A DNA stretch of 62,644 bases, the filler included. It is 5 parts of 5 records of this genome, joined end to end, with 100 filler letters (N's around TTAATTAATTAA, not from the genome) between each part and the next. Parts side by side here need not be neighbours in the genome. Positions count along the whole stretch, not along the records: positions 33,657 to 58,012 come from SRR20825010_1518; 4 more parts are not named here. One strand, written 5' to 3'. Of the stretch, positions 39,187 to 48,300 are shown one piece after another (position 1 is the first letter of the stretch; each line of letters opens with the position of its first letter). Under the pieces are notes generated by a model. It saw nothing but the letters and a program-made list of their open reading frames with translations. It was not told where the DNA came from and did not search any database. The position numbers and the translations under genes are program-made.

Positions 39187-40405
39187 GATCGCCACATTTT
39201 CATGCGTGATGTGTCTTGCTGCTTTTCTGGGATTGGCCCAAAGTACAACCGGTTCGGCTTACAACATGTACGGAATCGGTACGCTTTCCGGTTATGGATT
39301 GGAGTCTTTTCAAAGCAAAGGTAATGCTGCCATTGGTGCCCGGTATCCGGGAGAAGTGAATCTGAAAAATCCTGCCGGTTTGAATTCCATTGTGGGAGTC
39401 ACTCACGTATTTGATATCGGTCTTACGGCTTCCTCCCTTACCCAAAGCCTCTCGGATGCCAGTCAAACGACTGGTCTGGGGAGCATGAGTAATCTGAATA
39501 TGTGGATGAAATTGGGTTCAGGATCAGCCATTGCCTTCGGCGCAAGCCCGTATAGCAATTCAAAATATGATATCACAGATGCCTACCGACTTTCAGATAT
39601 CGGAGATTATTACAGTGTTCGGTTTTATGGTTCGGGTGGACTCACACAATATTACCTGGCCTATAGTCAACGTATTTTCAAGAATTTGAATGTGGGTGTA
39701 CGCGGGTCTTTGCTGGCAGGTCAGATCACCTCGGCACAGTACATTTACAACAACCAGATCCTTGGCGATATTGAGCTTTACAACGAAGAGAACATTGCTC
39801 GAGGAGTGCTGGATTTTGGTGCACAATACTCCCTGAAACTGGGAGAGCGTCAGTCACTTACTGTTGGAGCTATCTATCAGCCCAGCTTCAAAATAACGAC
39901 CGATAAGGAGCAGAAAATTATTTCGTCGGGTGCGGATAGCCTCACTACCGTTTCAAGTGGCGAGTTTATTATGCCTGAAATGTATGGAGTCGGTATTTCC
40001 TTTCAATCTAAGGGTTGGACGTTTAATGCCGATACCGAAATAGAAAAATGGAGAGGCAATGATGAAGGGGAGAACTTCTCCTATAAAAACCGTCTCAAAC
40101 ATTCTTTTGGTTTTGAATACATCAAAGATCCACAATCCGAACAATATTTTGATCGGGTCAAATGGAGGGGGGGAACCACTTTTGATAACTATTACCTCAA
40201 CTTCAAATCAAGCAGTGTGACTAACCTGAAAATTTCCACCGGGCTTGGCCTGCCCGTGCAGTGGGGTGTGGGCATGGTCAATGTGGGTTATTCGTACGGA
40301 TTGATCAAACCAACAACCGATGATTTAGTAACTGAAACTACGCACACTTTTATGCTCAACATCAGCATTCGTGATGTTTGGTTTCAAAAGCGAAAATACG
40401 ATTGA
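39179..40405 (+). CDS. Outer-membrane beta-barrel, FadL/OmpP1-like
   Basis: S.YNMYGIG, NPAGL, YGSGGL, WFQKRKYD C-terminus typical of this Bacteroidetes family. Confidence 0.7.
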   Translation: MIKIATFSCVMCLAAFLGLAQSTTGSAYNMYGIGTLSGYGLESFQSKGNAAIGARYPGEVNLKNPAGLNSIVGVTHVFDIGLTASSLTQSLSDASQTTGLGSMSNLNMWMKLGSGSAIAFGASPYSNSKYDITDAYRLSDIGDYYSVRFYGSGGLTQYYLAYSQRIFKNLNVGVRGSLLAGQITSAQYIYNNQILGDIELYNEENIARGVLDFGAQYSLKLGERQSLTVGAIYQPSFKITTDKEQKIISSGADSLTTVSSGEFIMPEMYGVGISFQSKGWTFNADTEIEKWRGNDEGENFSYKNRLKHSFGFEYIKDPQSEQYFDRVKWRGGTTFDNYYLNFKSSSVTNLKISTGLGLPVQWGVGMVNVGYSYGLIKPTTDDLVTETTHTFMLNISIRDVWFQKRKYD

Positions 40406-40447
40406 TTTGAATACGGTGAAGAACAGCAAAGGGGCTCGGGCGATAGC

Positions 40448-41032
40448 TTAAACCCCCTCGGCTTCTACTTCAGTTACTTCGGGAACCATCTTTTTGAGGA
40501 GGGTTTCGATACCCGCTTTCAGCGTCACGGTAGACGATGGACAGCCGGAGCAGGAACCTTGCAGGAGCACTTTTACTTTACCGTCCGAGAAGGAATCGAA
40601 GCTGATAGCACCACCGTCCATCTCGACAGCCGGGCGGATGTATTCGTCCAGAATGCCTTTGATTTTGGCTTCAATGTCCGTATCAGACTCCAGAATTTTG
40701 TGATCTTCCTCCACCTCTTTTTCCGTGAGAATCTGACGACCGTCTTCAAGAAACTTTTTGATGTGTGATTGAATCTGACCTTTCACTTCGTGCCAGTCGG
40801 TGAGTTTGTCTTTGGTCACCGTCACGAAATTGCTCATGTAAAACACACGCTTTACGAAAGGGAAATCAAAAAGCTCAGCAGCCAAAGGTGCTTCGCCTGT
40901 GCTTTCCTTATCTGGAAAATCCCTACTTACACCCTCAGGAAGGAGCATAAAGTTCAATACAAATTTCAAGGAATTTGGGTTTGGGTTTGATTCCGTATAG
41001 ATCGTGATGGCAGGTTTTTGTGCAGCTTCCAT
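40448..41032 (-). CDS. nfuA: NifU/NfuA family Fe-S scaffold protein
   Basis: Nfu_N (ESNPNPNSLKF) plus IRPAVEMDGG...GSCSGCPSS. Confidence 0.9.
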   Translation of the reverse strand: MEAAQKPAITIYTESNPNPNSLKFVLNFMLLPEGVSRDFPDKESTGEAPLAAELFDFPFVKRVFYMSNFVTVTKDKLTDWHEVKGQIQSHIKKFLEDGRQILTEKEVEEDHKILESDTDIEAKIKGILDEYIRPAVEMDGGAISFDSFSDGKVKVLLQGSCSGCPSSTVTLKAGIETLLKKMVPEVTEVEAEGV

Positions 41033-41149
41033 GGGTGGCTCTTTTGATTTGTTATTAAAGTGCAAAGTTGCACTAAAAGTTCACAATTTTTTTGAAACTG
41101 CCCGATGGAATCTAAACTTGTTCATTCGAAAAGCGTACATCCTTACCGT

Positions 41150-41719
41150 ATGAATTCATCAGTAGCAGATTTTCTGGGTATCGATCCCGAGTTTTTCGGG
41201 TTGGTCATTTTGCCCATTCTCATCTTTTTCTCCCGTATCATGGATGTGTCCATCAACACGATGCGGATCATCTTCATGCTGAATGGTAAAAAACTGACCA
41301 GCACTATTCTGGGTTTTTTTGAGTCGCTGATCTGGTTGATTGCGATCAGTCAGGTTTTTCAAAATGTGAATAGCATAGCGACCTACCTCGCCTATGCCGG
41401 CGGGTTTGCTACGGGCATTTTCGTGGGTATGATTATCGAGGAAAAACTGGCCATAGGTCGCGTGCTCGTGCGGGTGATTACCCGAGTGCCGGCCAATGAA
41501 TTGATTGCTTACCTCAACGTGAACAACTACCGTTATTCCAACATAGATGCCGAATCAGAGGAGGGCAAGGTGAATGTTCTTTTTACGGTGATCAAAAGAG
41601 GAAATTTGGTGGACACCATTGCAGCCATTAAAAAGTATAATCCACGAGCGTTTTATACCGTGGAGGGTGTGAAGCATGTCAGCGATGGGTTGCTGGCTGA
41701 GGATCGGGGAACCAGATAG
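41150..41719 (+). CDS. DUF2179/DUF5698 membrane protein
   Basis: RIMDVSINTMR, GFFESLIW, YAGGFATG..VG..IEEKLAIG; ORF track starts at 41105. Confidence 0.85.
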   Translation: MNSSVADFLGIDPEFFGLVILPILIFFSRIMDVSINTMRIIFMLNGKKLTSTILGFFESLIWLIAISQVFQNVNSIATYLAYAGGFATGIFVGMIIEEKLAIGRVLVRVITRVPANELIAYLNVNNYRYSNIDAESEEGKVNVLFTVIKRGNLVDTIAAIKKYNPRAFYTVEGVKHVSDGLLAEDRGTR

Positions 41720-41756
41720 TCAACTGAAATCCCCTAAGTGGTTCGATTGTAAGCTA

Positions 41757-41781
41757 GGATGCCTGTCTTCGCAGGCATGAC
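41757..41781. repeat. REP-like palindromic unit
   Basis: GGATGCCTGTCTTCGCAGGCATGAC between convergent genes. Confidence 0.55.
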
Positions 41782-41785
41782 GGGT

Positions 41786-42232
41786 CTATTTCACCGTGAT
41801 CAACTTCACATCAAAGATCAGGACGGATCCACCGGGGATGCCGTTGTAATAGTAGTTGCCATAACCCAGATGCGCAGGCACTAGCAGCATGCCGCTTCCA
41901 CCTTCTTTGAAATAGGTGATGCCTTCCGTCCAGCCGCTGATCACTTGCTGCAGGTTGAAAGAAATGCCACTTGCGTTGCTTTCATCGAATACCGTTCCAT
42001 TGGTGAAATACCCTTTGTAGGCCACCGTAACATCCGAGGTAAAGCTCGGCTGTTTGCCCGTTCCCGGTGTGTTGATGACATAATAAAGTCCCGAAGCACT
42101 CTTCTCGGCGGAAAGTTTATTGGTCGTGATGTAGCTGTTGATTTCAGCGTCGTTTTTCGATTTAAAATCCACTTCATCGTCTTTGCAGGAAATGAAAAGG
42201 AGAACGATTAATGGATAAATCAGGTATTTCAT
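41786..42232 (-). CDS. FKBP-type peptidyl-prolyl isomerase, lipoprotein
   Basis: Lipobox ISC, SGLYY, YKG..NGTVFD, VISGWTEG, HLGYG, LIFDVKL. Confidence 0.95.
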   Translation of the reverse strand: MKYLIYPLIVLLFISCKDDEVDFKSKNDAEINSYITTNKLSAEKSASGLYYVINTPGTGKQPSFTSDVTVAYKGYFTNGTVFDESNASGISFNLQQVISGWTEGITYFKEGGSGMLLVPAHLGYGNYYYNGIPGGSVLIFDVKLITVK

Positions 42233-42310
42233 AAAAGCTGTTTTCTGTTTCGGGCTGTAAAATAGGGGAGTTTCTTTTGGAATACCAATAGCGTCAGCGC
42301 ATAACCGAAA

Positions 42311-42337
42311 ACCTCACCCGAATCAATCGGGTGAGGT
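42311..42337 (-). terminator. Hairpin, probable terminator after yiaA
   Basis: ACCTCACCCGA-ATCAA-TCGGGTGAGGT followed by a short T-run on the minus strand. Confidence 0.65.
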
Positions 42338-42351
42338 GGAATAGTAGCAAA

Positions 42352-42741
42352 TCATTGTTGTGGCAGAGAATCCCGGGTGTTTTTTTGCACGGTAATTACC
42401 CCAAAGAGTGAGAGGATAAATGAGAATGCATAAAAGCCTTTTTCGCTTGGAAGCAATTCGGCATTCCACAACCCGATCACCAGTAGCACAATGGACAGAA
42501 TCGTGCTAAACCAGCAGATGGAGTAGTATAAATCGGTGACCAGTATGTTTTCCATTCGGTCACGAACGGCCTTTTGCAGTGAGATCACGGCAAACAAGCC
42601 AAACATCAGGATGGTGAAATAATAGCCTTTTTCATTGAGCATCATGTCTGCTCTCCAAAGGCCAACGAGATAGCCAATCATGCCGGTCAATAGGGCTACC
42701 CAGGACGCGGCGACAAAGGAATTTGAAGGTTTCTGATCCAT
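42352..42741 (-). CDS. yiaA: Inner membrane protein YiaA
   Basis: KPS..FVAASW, LNEKGYY, QKAVRD, SEKGFY, QKNTRD two-repeat YiaAB architecture. Confidence 0.9.
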   Translation of the reverse strand: MDQKPSNSFVAASWVALLTGMIGYLVGLWRADMMLNEKGYYFTILMFGLFAVISLQKAVRDRMENILVTDLYYSICWFSTILSIVLLVIGLWNAELLPSEKGFYAFSFILSLFGVITVQKNTRDSLPQQ

Positions 42742-42855
42742 GTTTTTGTGATTTAAGTTGTGAATGAAAGATTGTTTTGGTGACTATTACGAGCGGAGTT
42801 GCTTATTTTGTTTGTACAAGGCTGTACACAAACACCCAATTACAGGCCAAACAAA

Positions 42856-43392
42856 ATGGAAAAAACAGGTGCTAACAGGCAGAAATGGATTGATTGCGGT
42901 TATTCCTTATTTGCCGCAATAGGGCCGGATTCTCTGAATGTGGAGAAGCTTTCGAACCTTGTTTCCCTTAGCAGATCCAGCTTCTATCACTACTTTGGAG
43001 ACCTGCATGTATTTGAGAATGAGTTGCTCACCGTTCACCTGAGCCAGTATGAAAACTTCGGCCAATTGATCCGAAAGTATGAACAGTTCGAACAGTTGTT
43101 TTCAGAGGAGGTCATGGTCAATAAGGAGGCGCTGGCATTTCAGAGGCAATTGTTAATCCATAAGTCCGTCAGCAGGTATCAGGAATGCTCAGAGAAGGCC
43201 AGAGGGTTTACCGAGCAGAAGACCTATGAGCTTTGGACGAAGATGAAAAACATAGACCGGGATTCCGAAGAAGAGTGGATTCTGTTTAAGGCCATCCGGG
43301 ATTTCTACTTTGTGCAGTTCGGTCAGTCCGAGCAAGACCCACAGGATGTGCTGGTTTTGCTTTATTCCTATTTAGGGAGAGGGAAGGAGTGA
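42856..43392 (+). CDS. TetR/AcrR family regulator
   Basis: WIDCGYSLFA..GP..LNVEKLS...SRSSFYHYF; divergent from yiaA, with a TGTACA-aggc-TGTACA palindrome at 42813-42828. Confidence 0.8.
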   Translation: MEKTGANRQKWIDCGYSLFAAIGPDSLNVEKLSNLVSLSRSSFYHYFGDLHVFENELLTVHLSQYENFGQLIRKYEQFEQLFSEEVMVNKEALAFQRQLLIHKSVSRYQECSEKARGFTEQKTYELWTKMKNIDRDSEEEWILFKAIRDFYFVQFGQSEQDPQDVLVLLYSYLGRGKE

Positions 43393-43547
43393 GGTGGGTT
43401 GAAGATGATATTCGCCACCTACATAAATCCTTGTATCAAAGTGGATTTGGTAGATTGAGTGGATAAAAGTGAGTCTTGTTTTTTACTGTTTGGAGTAATA
43501 GTCTTAGGTGGTTTGTTGATAGAAAGAGGGTGAAGATCTGAGACTTA

Positions 43548-43587
43548 TAAACGAAACAAATAACAGTTGTTGCGTTTATTTCGTTTA
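43548..43587. promoter_or_regulatory. Inverted-repeat operator upstream of the HTH-PIN pair
   Basis: TAAACGAAACAAA-N14-TTTATTTCGTTTA (12/13 match). Confidence 0.6.
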
Positions 43588-43622
43588 ACTTACAATTGTT
43601 TCCAAAACTAAACATCCAGATT

Positions 43623-44087
43623 ATGTCAATATTACAATTAAATACCCCCCCGACCCACGAGGAAAGAAAAATTGCTCAGGAAGGATTTGAGAGATTGGTT
43701 GAGATTCTTAATGAAGTGAACCACCCCGAAAACATTCCGGAAATCACTATCATGGAAACCGGTGATCCGATCAGGATTCCATTTAAGGTTTTGAAAATGC
43801 TGGCCGAAATTCTAAAGAATTATCGCGATGGAAATGCCGTGTCTATTGTACCTGTAGGGACAGCTTTCACCACCCAGATGGCCGCTGAGTTTTTGAATTG
43901 TTCCCGACCGCATGTAACCAAACTTATTGATGCCGGTAAGCTGAAAGCTGAGTTGGTCGGAAGGCACAGGAGAATTCAGTTTAATGATTTGGTAGTGTTC
44001 AAGAAGAACATGATCAAGGAACGAAAAGAGGCTCTGATCAAGCTAATGAAAGAATCCGAAGACCTGGGTTTATATGAAGCTGATTAA
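43623..44087 (+). CDS. Excisionase-family (HTH_17) DNA-binding protein, putative antitoxin
   Basis: FTTQMAAEFLNCSRPHVTKLID.G......VGRHRRI; ORF track starts at 43596. Confidence 0.85.
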   Translation: MSILQLNTPPTHEERKIAQEGFERLVEILNEVNHPENIPEITIMETGDPIRIPFKVLKMLAEILKNYRDGNAVSIVPVGTAFTTQMAAEFLNCSRPHVTKLIDAGKLKAELVGRHRRIQFNDLVVFKKNMIKERKEALIKLMKESEDLGLYEAD

Positions 44088-44661
44088 TAGTGCGCGATTC
44101 ACGGCTGTTATAGATGCGAATGTGCTATTTCCTGTTGTCATTCGGGACTATCTAATCTGGCTCTCAATATATGATCTTTATACGCCCAAATGGAGTAGCA
44201 AATTACTAGAGGAATTCACTACAATCTTTCAAAAGAAAAAATTGAAGGTATCATCGGCACAAATTGAGCGGCAGGTGGAGCTTATGAACAAAGCTTGTCC
44301 CCATGCATTGGTGGAAGGTTATGAAGACATCATCAAGATCGTGCAATTGAATGACGAAAATGATAGGCATGTGGTGGCCGCAGCGATAAAATGCAATGCC
44401 AATGTGATTGTAACCCGTAATTTGAAGGATTTTCCGAATAACTATTTAGAAAGTCTGGGTTTGTGTGCGGTTGATCCTGACACCTTCATTGCCGACATGA
44501 TCGACCTATCGCCAGACAGGTGTTGTGACGCTTTCAGAGAAATGGTTCTTGCTAAGAACAAACCACCCTACGAGGAAGTGCAGTACCTACAGATACTTCG
44601 TAACAATGGCTTAAATCAAACAGCGGATGAACTGACGAAATACCTCGAAATATTGGAATGA
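44074..44661 (+). CDS. PIN domain protein, putative toxin
   Basis: AVIDANVL, DENDRHVVAAA, IVTRNLKDFP; 14-nt overlap with the upstream gene. Confidence 0.88.
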   Translation: MKLINSARFTAVIDANVLFPVVIRDYLIWLSIYDLYTPKWSSKLLEEFTTIFQKKKLKVSSAQIERQVELMNKACPHALVEGYEDIIKIVQLNDENDRHVVAAAIKCNANVIVTRNLKDFPNNYLESLGLCAVDPDTFIADMIDLSPDRCCDAFREMVLAKNKPPYEEVQYLQILRNNGLNQTADELTKYLEILE

Positions 44662-44715
44662 TAGGTATAATGTTGATTCGATTTGCTTTGGGTAAGACTA
44701 GAAATGTCGAGGGTT

Positions 44716-45174
44716 TTAAAGTGAATCAATGTTAAAGACTTCACTAGATTTTGATCCATCATCAAAAGTCTGTGTAATTGCTAACAACTTTCCATTTTGC
44801 ATAAAGCTTAGTTTTTCGTCATCAGATGTATCTCTCCATCGGCCGTCTATGGTTCCCCATATAATAGAATGCCCATTAATTTTGACTTTGTACGCAAATA
44901 GTTGACCATCATTGGGGCGTTTATACTTGACCAAGTATTGAGAGCCATTTTGGTTAACTGTAATTATTCTTGTGGGTTGATTGAAAAGTGTAGAAATGGT
45001 GGCTTTTGCAATTTGCTCCATTGTTGCTGGGAGTTCTTTCTCGACTAATTCCTGCTTCTTGTTGATTTCAGGAAATTTTACTTCTTGTTTTTCATTGCTA
45101 TTTGGTTGGCTACAGCATGTAATGCATGTTGCAATCAGCAATAGTTTTAAATTTTTCATAAGTTTTATATTCAA
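44716..45174 (-). CDS. Hypothetical lipoprotein
   Basis: Lipoprotein-like signal ..ITCC; ..WGTIDGRWRD.. motif. Confidence 0.55.
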   Translation of the reverse strand: MNIKLMKNLKLLLIATCITCCSQPNSNEKQEVKFPEINKKQELVEKELPATMEQIAKATISTLFNQPTRIITVNQNGSQYLVKYKRPNDGQLFAYKVKINGHSIIWGTIDGRWRDTSDDEKLSFMQNGKLLAITQTFDDGSKSSEVFNIDSL

Positions 45175-45287
45175 TTGAGTTTATTCTGATGGTTCGCAGA
45201 AGTCTTCATTCTTTTTTAATCCCCACCAAATTAACCCTTCCCCCCCATTAAAGCAAGGAGGTATCTCTGATGACAATTTCCTCCAAC

Positions 45288-45312
45288 AAAAAAGGGCGAC
45301 CATTGGCCGCCC
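45288..45312 (-). terminator. Intrinsic terminator after the large T9SS gene
   Basis: Minus strand GGGCGGCCA-A-TGGTCGCCC followed by TTTTTT. Confidence 0.75.
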
Positions 45313-45344
45313 CTCCGTTTTCACCGCATGTGATGAAAAGCTGT

Positions 45345-48300
45345 TTATTTAGCTTTCACAATTTTACGTGTCAGCGTTTTGCCCTTTTCATCCACACATT
45401 TGATCAGGTAGATGCCGGACGGTAGTCCGTAGATGTTGATGGGCTGATTGGAAACCCCGTGCGTCACTTCCGATCCTTCCAGGTCGAAAATGTTCACCTT
45501 TAATGCTTCATTGCTCTCAACCGTCAACACATCGGCCACCGGGTTCGGATAGATGCGCAACACGAAAGTTGGTTCTAAGCCTAGCGCTTTCACGATGGTA
45601 ACGGTGAATGTTGCACTGAAACTCGCGTTTGCCTCCTGTCCATCGTTGGCAGTCAAAGTGAAGGTAGCCGTTCCGCTTGCTCCGGCGATGGCTGTGAGTG
45701 AAAGCGATCCCTCGTTTATGCTCACAGCCACTACGTTGCTCGTAGCAGGTGTCACCGTAAAGGTCACTGTCTGCTCAGCTTCGTTTTCCGGAACGTTGAT
45801 TAACGCAAATTCAATAAGTTGTGTGCCGGTGAAATCCTGCTCAAGTGTAAGAGCTGTTGCAGTTAATTCAAACTCCGGTGCATCGTTCACCGCATGGATG
45901 GTGACGGGCAAAGTATAAGAAACACCTCCTTCACTGTGCCCATCGCTGGCTATGATCACGAGGTTCACTGCTCCGTTAGCATTGACCAATGGTGTAACAG
46001 TGAGCGTATTCTCGTTTATGGTAGCAGTGAGTATCGCCGGTGATTCAGACTTGGGTGCCTCAATGGTGAAGCTCAGGACATCACCATCCGCATCTGAGAA
46101 CAGGGTTGTGAGATCAATGCTTTGAGCGGCTCCATCTTCATCAAAAGTAAGCGAAGGCTGGCTGATGATCACAGGGTAATCGTTCACATTTTCTACCGTG
46201 AAGTTGACACTCTGACTGGTTGAAACCTCATTGTCTGTTGCAGAAACAATCAGAACAAAACTTCCTACATTATCATTGGTTGGTGTTCCGCTGAGCGTCT
46301 GGCTTTGGGCATCAAAACTTAACCAGCCGGGCAAGCCGCTTACAGAGATAGTCAGGTTGTCTCCATCTACATCAGAGAAGGTATTGGCCGGAATCGTGAA
46401 GCTGTAGGGCACATCTTCGGTTGCGGTTTGCGCTGCAATGATGTTGACCAAACTAGGCGCATCATTTACCGAAGTGATTGTTAGCACAAATGAATCTGAC
46501 ACGGACTGATTGGCATCCGCAGCAGTTACCGTGATGGTTCCCGTTCCAAAATAGTTCGCTGCTGGTGTGGCCTGAATGGTATTTCCAGAAATTACAACAG
46601 TCACATTCGCACCAAAATCATGCGAAGCAGTGAAGGTCAATGCATCGTTTTCAGGATCGCTGAACACGCTGCTGATCGATGAAACCAAAGTGCCGGACTC
46701 ATCTTCGTTGAGCGACATGTCGGCTATTGGATTGCTAACCACTGGAGCCAAATTGTTTAGCACCGAAAGTGTGAATGTCTGAGTTACCAGATTGTTGCTG
46801 GCTTCACCATCATTTGCCGTGATTGTAAATTCCTGAGTGCCCACTTCATCAGCGATTGCTGTAATGGTCACTTCTCCTGTGCTGCTGTTGATCGCCACAT
46901 TTGCGAATGTAACTGAAGCAGGAGAGAGCGTATAAATGACCGGTTGATTTTCCTCACCAAACGGGACTGCATCAGCGGTCACGGTCACCGACTTGGTATC
47001 GGTGAAGTTTTTCGGAGCGCTGATGTTGCCACTTACTATGAATGTAGGCGCGTCATTTACTGCATTAACATTTACTGTGAAAGTAGATGAAGCTGTATTG
47101 TTCTGAGGATCGGCAGCTACCACTTCAAGCATTGCTGAGCCAAATTGATTGGTATTGGTTGTCAGGCTCAATTGAGCCCCATTCATTTGAATATTAAGTA
47201 GACCTGTACCGCTAAGTTCATTCACAGAGTAGGTGAGTATTTCTCCATCCACTTCTGTAAAGAAAGAAGACAAATCAAGCGTGCTTTCGAAAAGGTCTTC
47301 ATCTCCTGTTGCATCCTGAATGGCTGAAACCAGTACCGGCGCATCGTCAACGGCTGTCACGGTCAATGTAAAGCTGGTGGAGTAGCTGTTGTTGGCAAGT
47401 TCCCCATCGTTTACCGCCACGGTGAAAATCTGTGATCCAAAACCATTGGCCACTGCCGAAACGTCCACTTTACCAGTATTCGCGTCAATGCTCACATTTG
47501 CAAAGCCAACGGTGGCTGGGCTGATGCTGTAGGTCAAGGTTTGTGCGGATTCGTTTGCGGGCTGTAGTTGAGTGGCCGTTACGCTGATCGTTCCATCAAA
47601 GTCTTCGGTTACGTTTACATCACCACTTAGAGTAAAGATTGGTTGATCATTTACCGGTTCTACAGTTACCGCGATAACCATGTCGGTAGCTGTGATTTGA
47701 TCTGTGGCGCTCACGGTGACATTCACCACGCCAAAGAAGTCCGCAGTAGCCGTAACCACTACACTTGATACTCCGGCTGTTTTCACAATCTGTGCAATTA
47801 AAAGTGGATCCGCACTGGATACACTGTAGGTAAGCGCATCATCTTCGGGATCGCTGAACGTGGCATCTAAATCAGTAACGATTGTAATGGCCGCTGCATC
47901 CTCAAAGAAGCTGAAATTGTCTATAGGAAGCTCAATTACCGGTGATTGGTTGTATGGAACCACGGTCACTTCAGCACCTGCTGAAGCTGAATTTCCCGCT
48001 GCATCGGTGGCGGTCAGTGTCACTATTTGAACTCCCAATTTGGATTCATCAAAGGTTGTAATATCGATCACCAATGTCACCGCACCACAGGCATCTGAAG
48101 AGCCATTGTCAATATCTGCCGCTGCAATAGTGGCAGTGCCATTCACATCCAGTTGAACAGTTATGTTTTCTACGAGTACGATTGGAGCCAGATCATCCAC
48201 GACCGACACAGTGGCGGTGGCTGTGGCCTCATTTCCTTTCGCATCCGTGACGGTCAATGTCACCATGTTATCGCCCTGATCGGCACAAGTAAAGGCGGTT

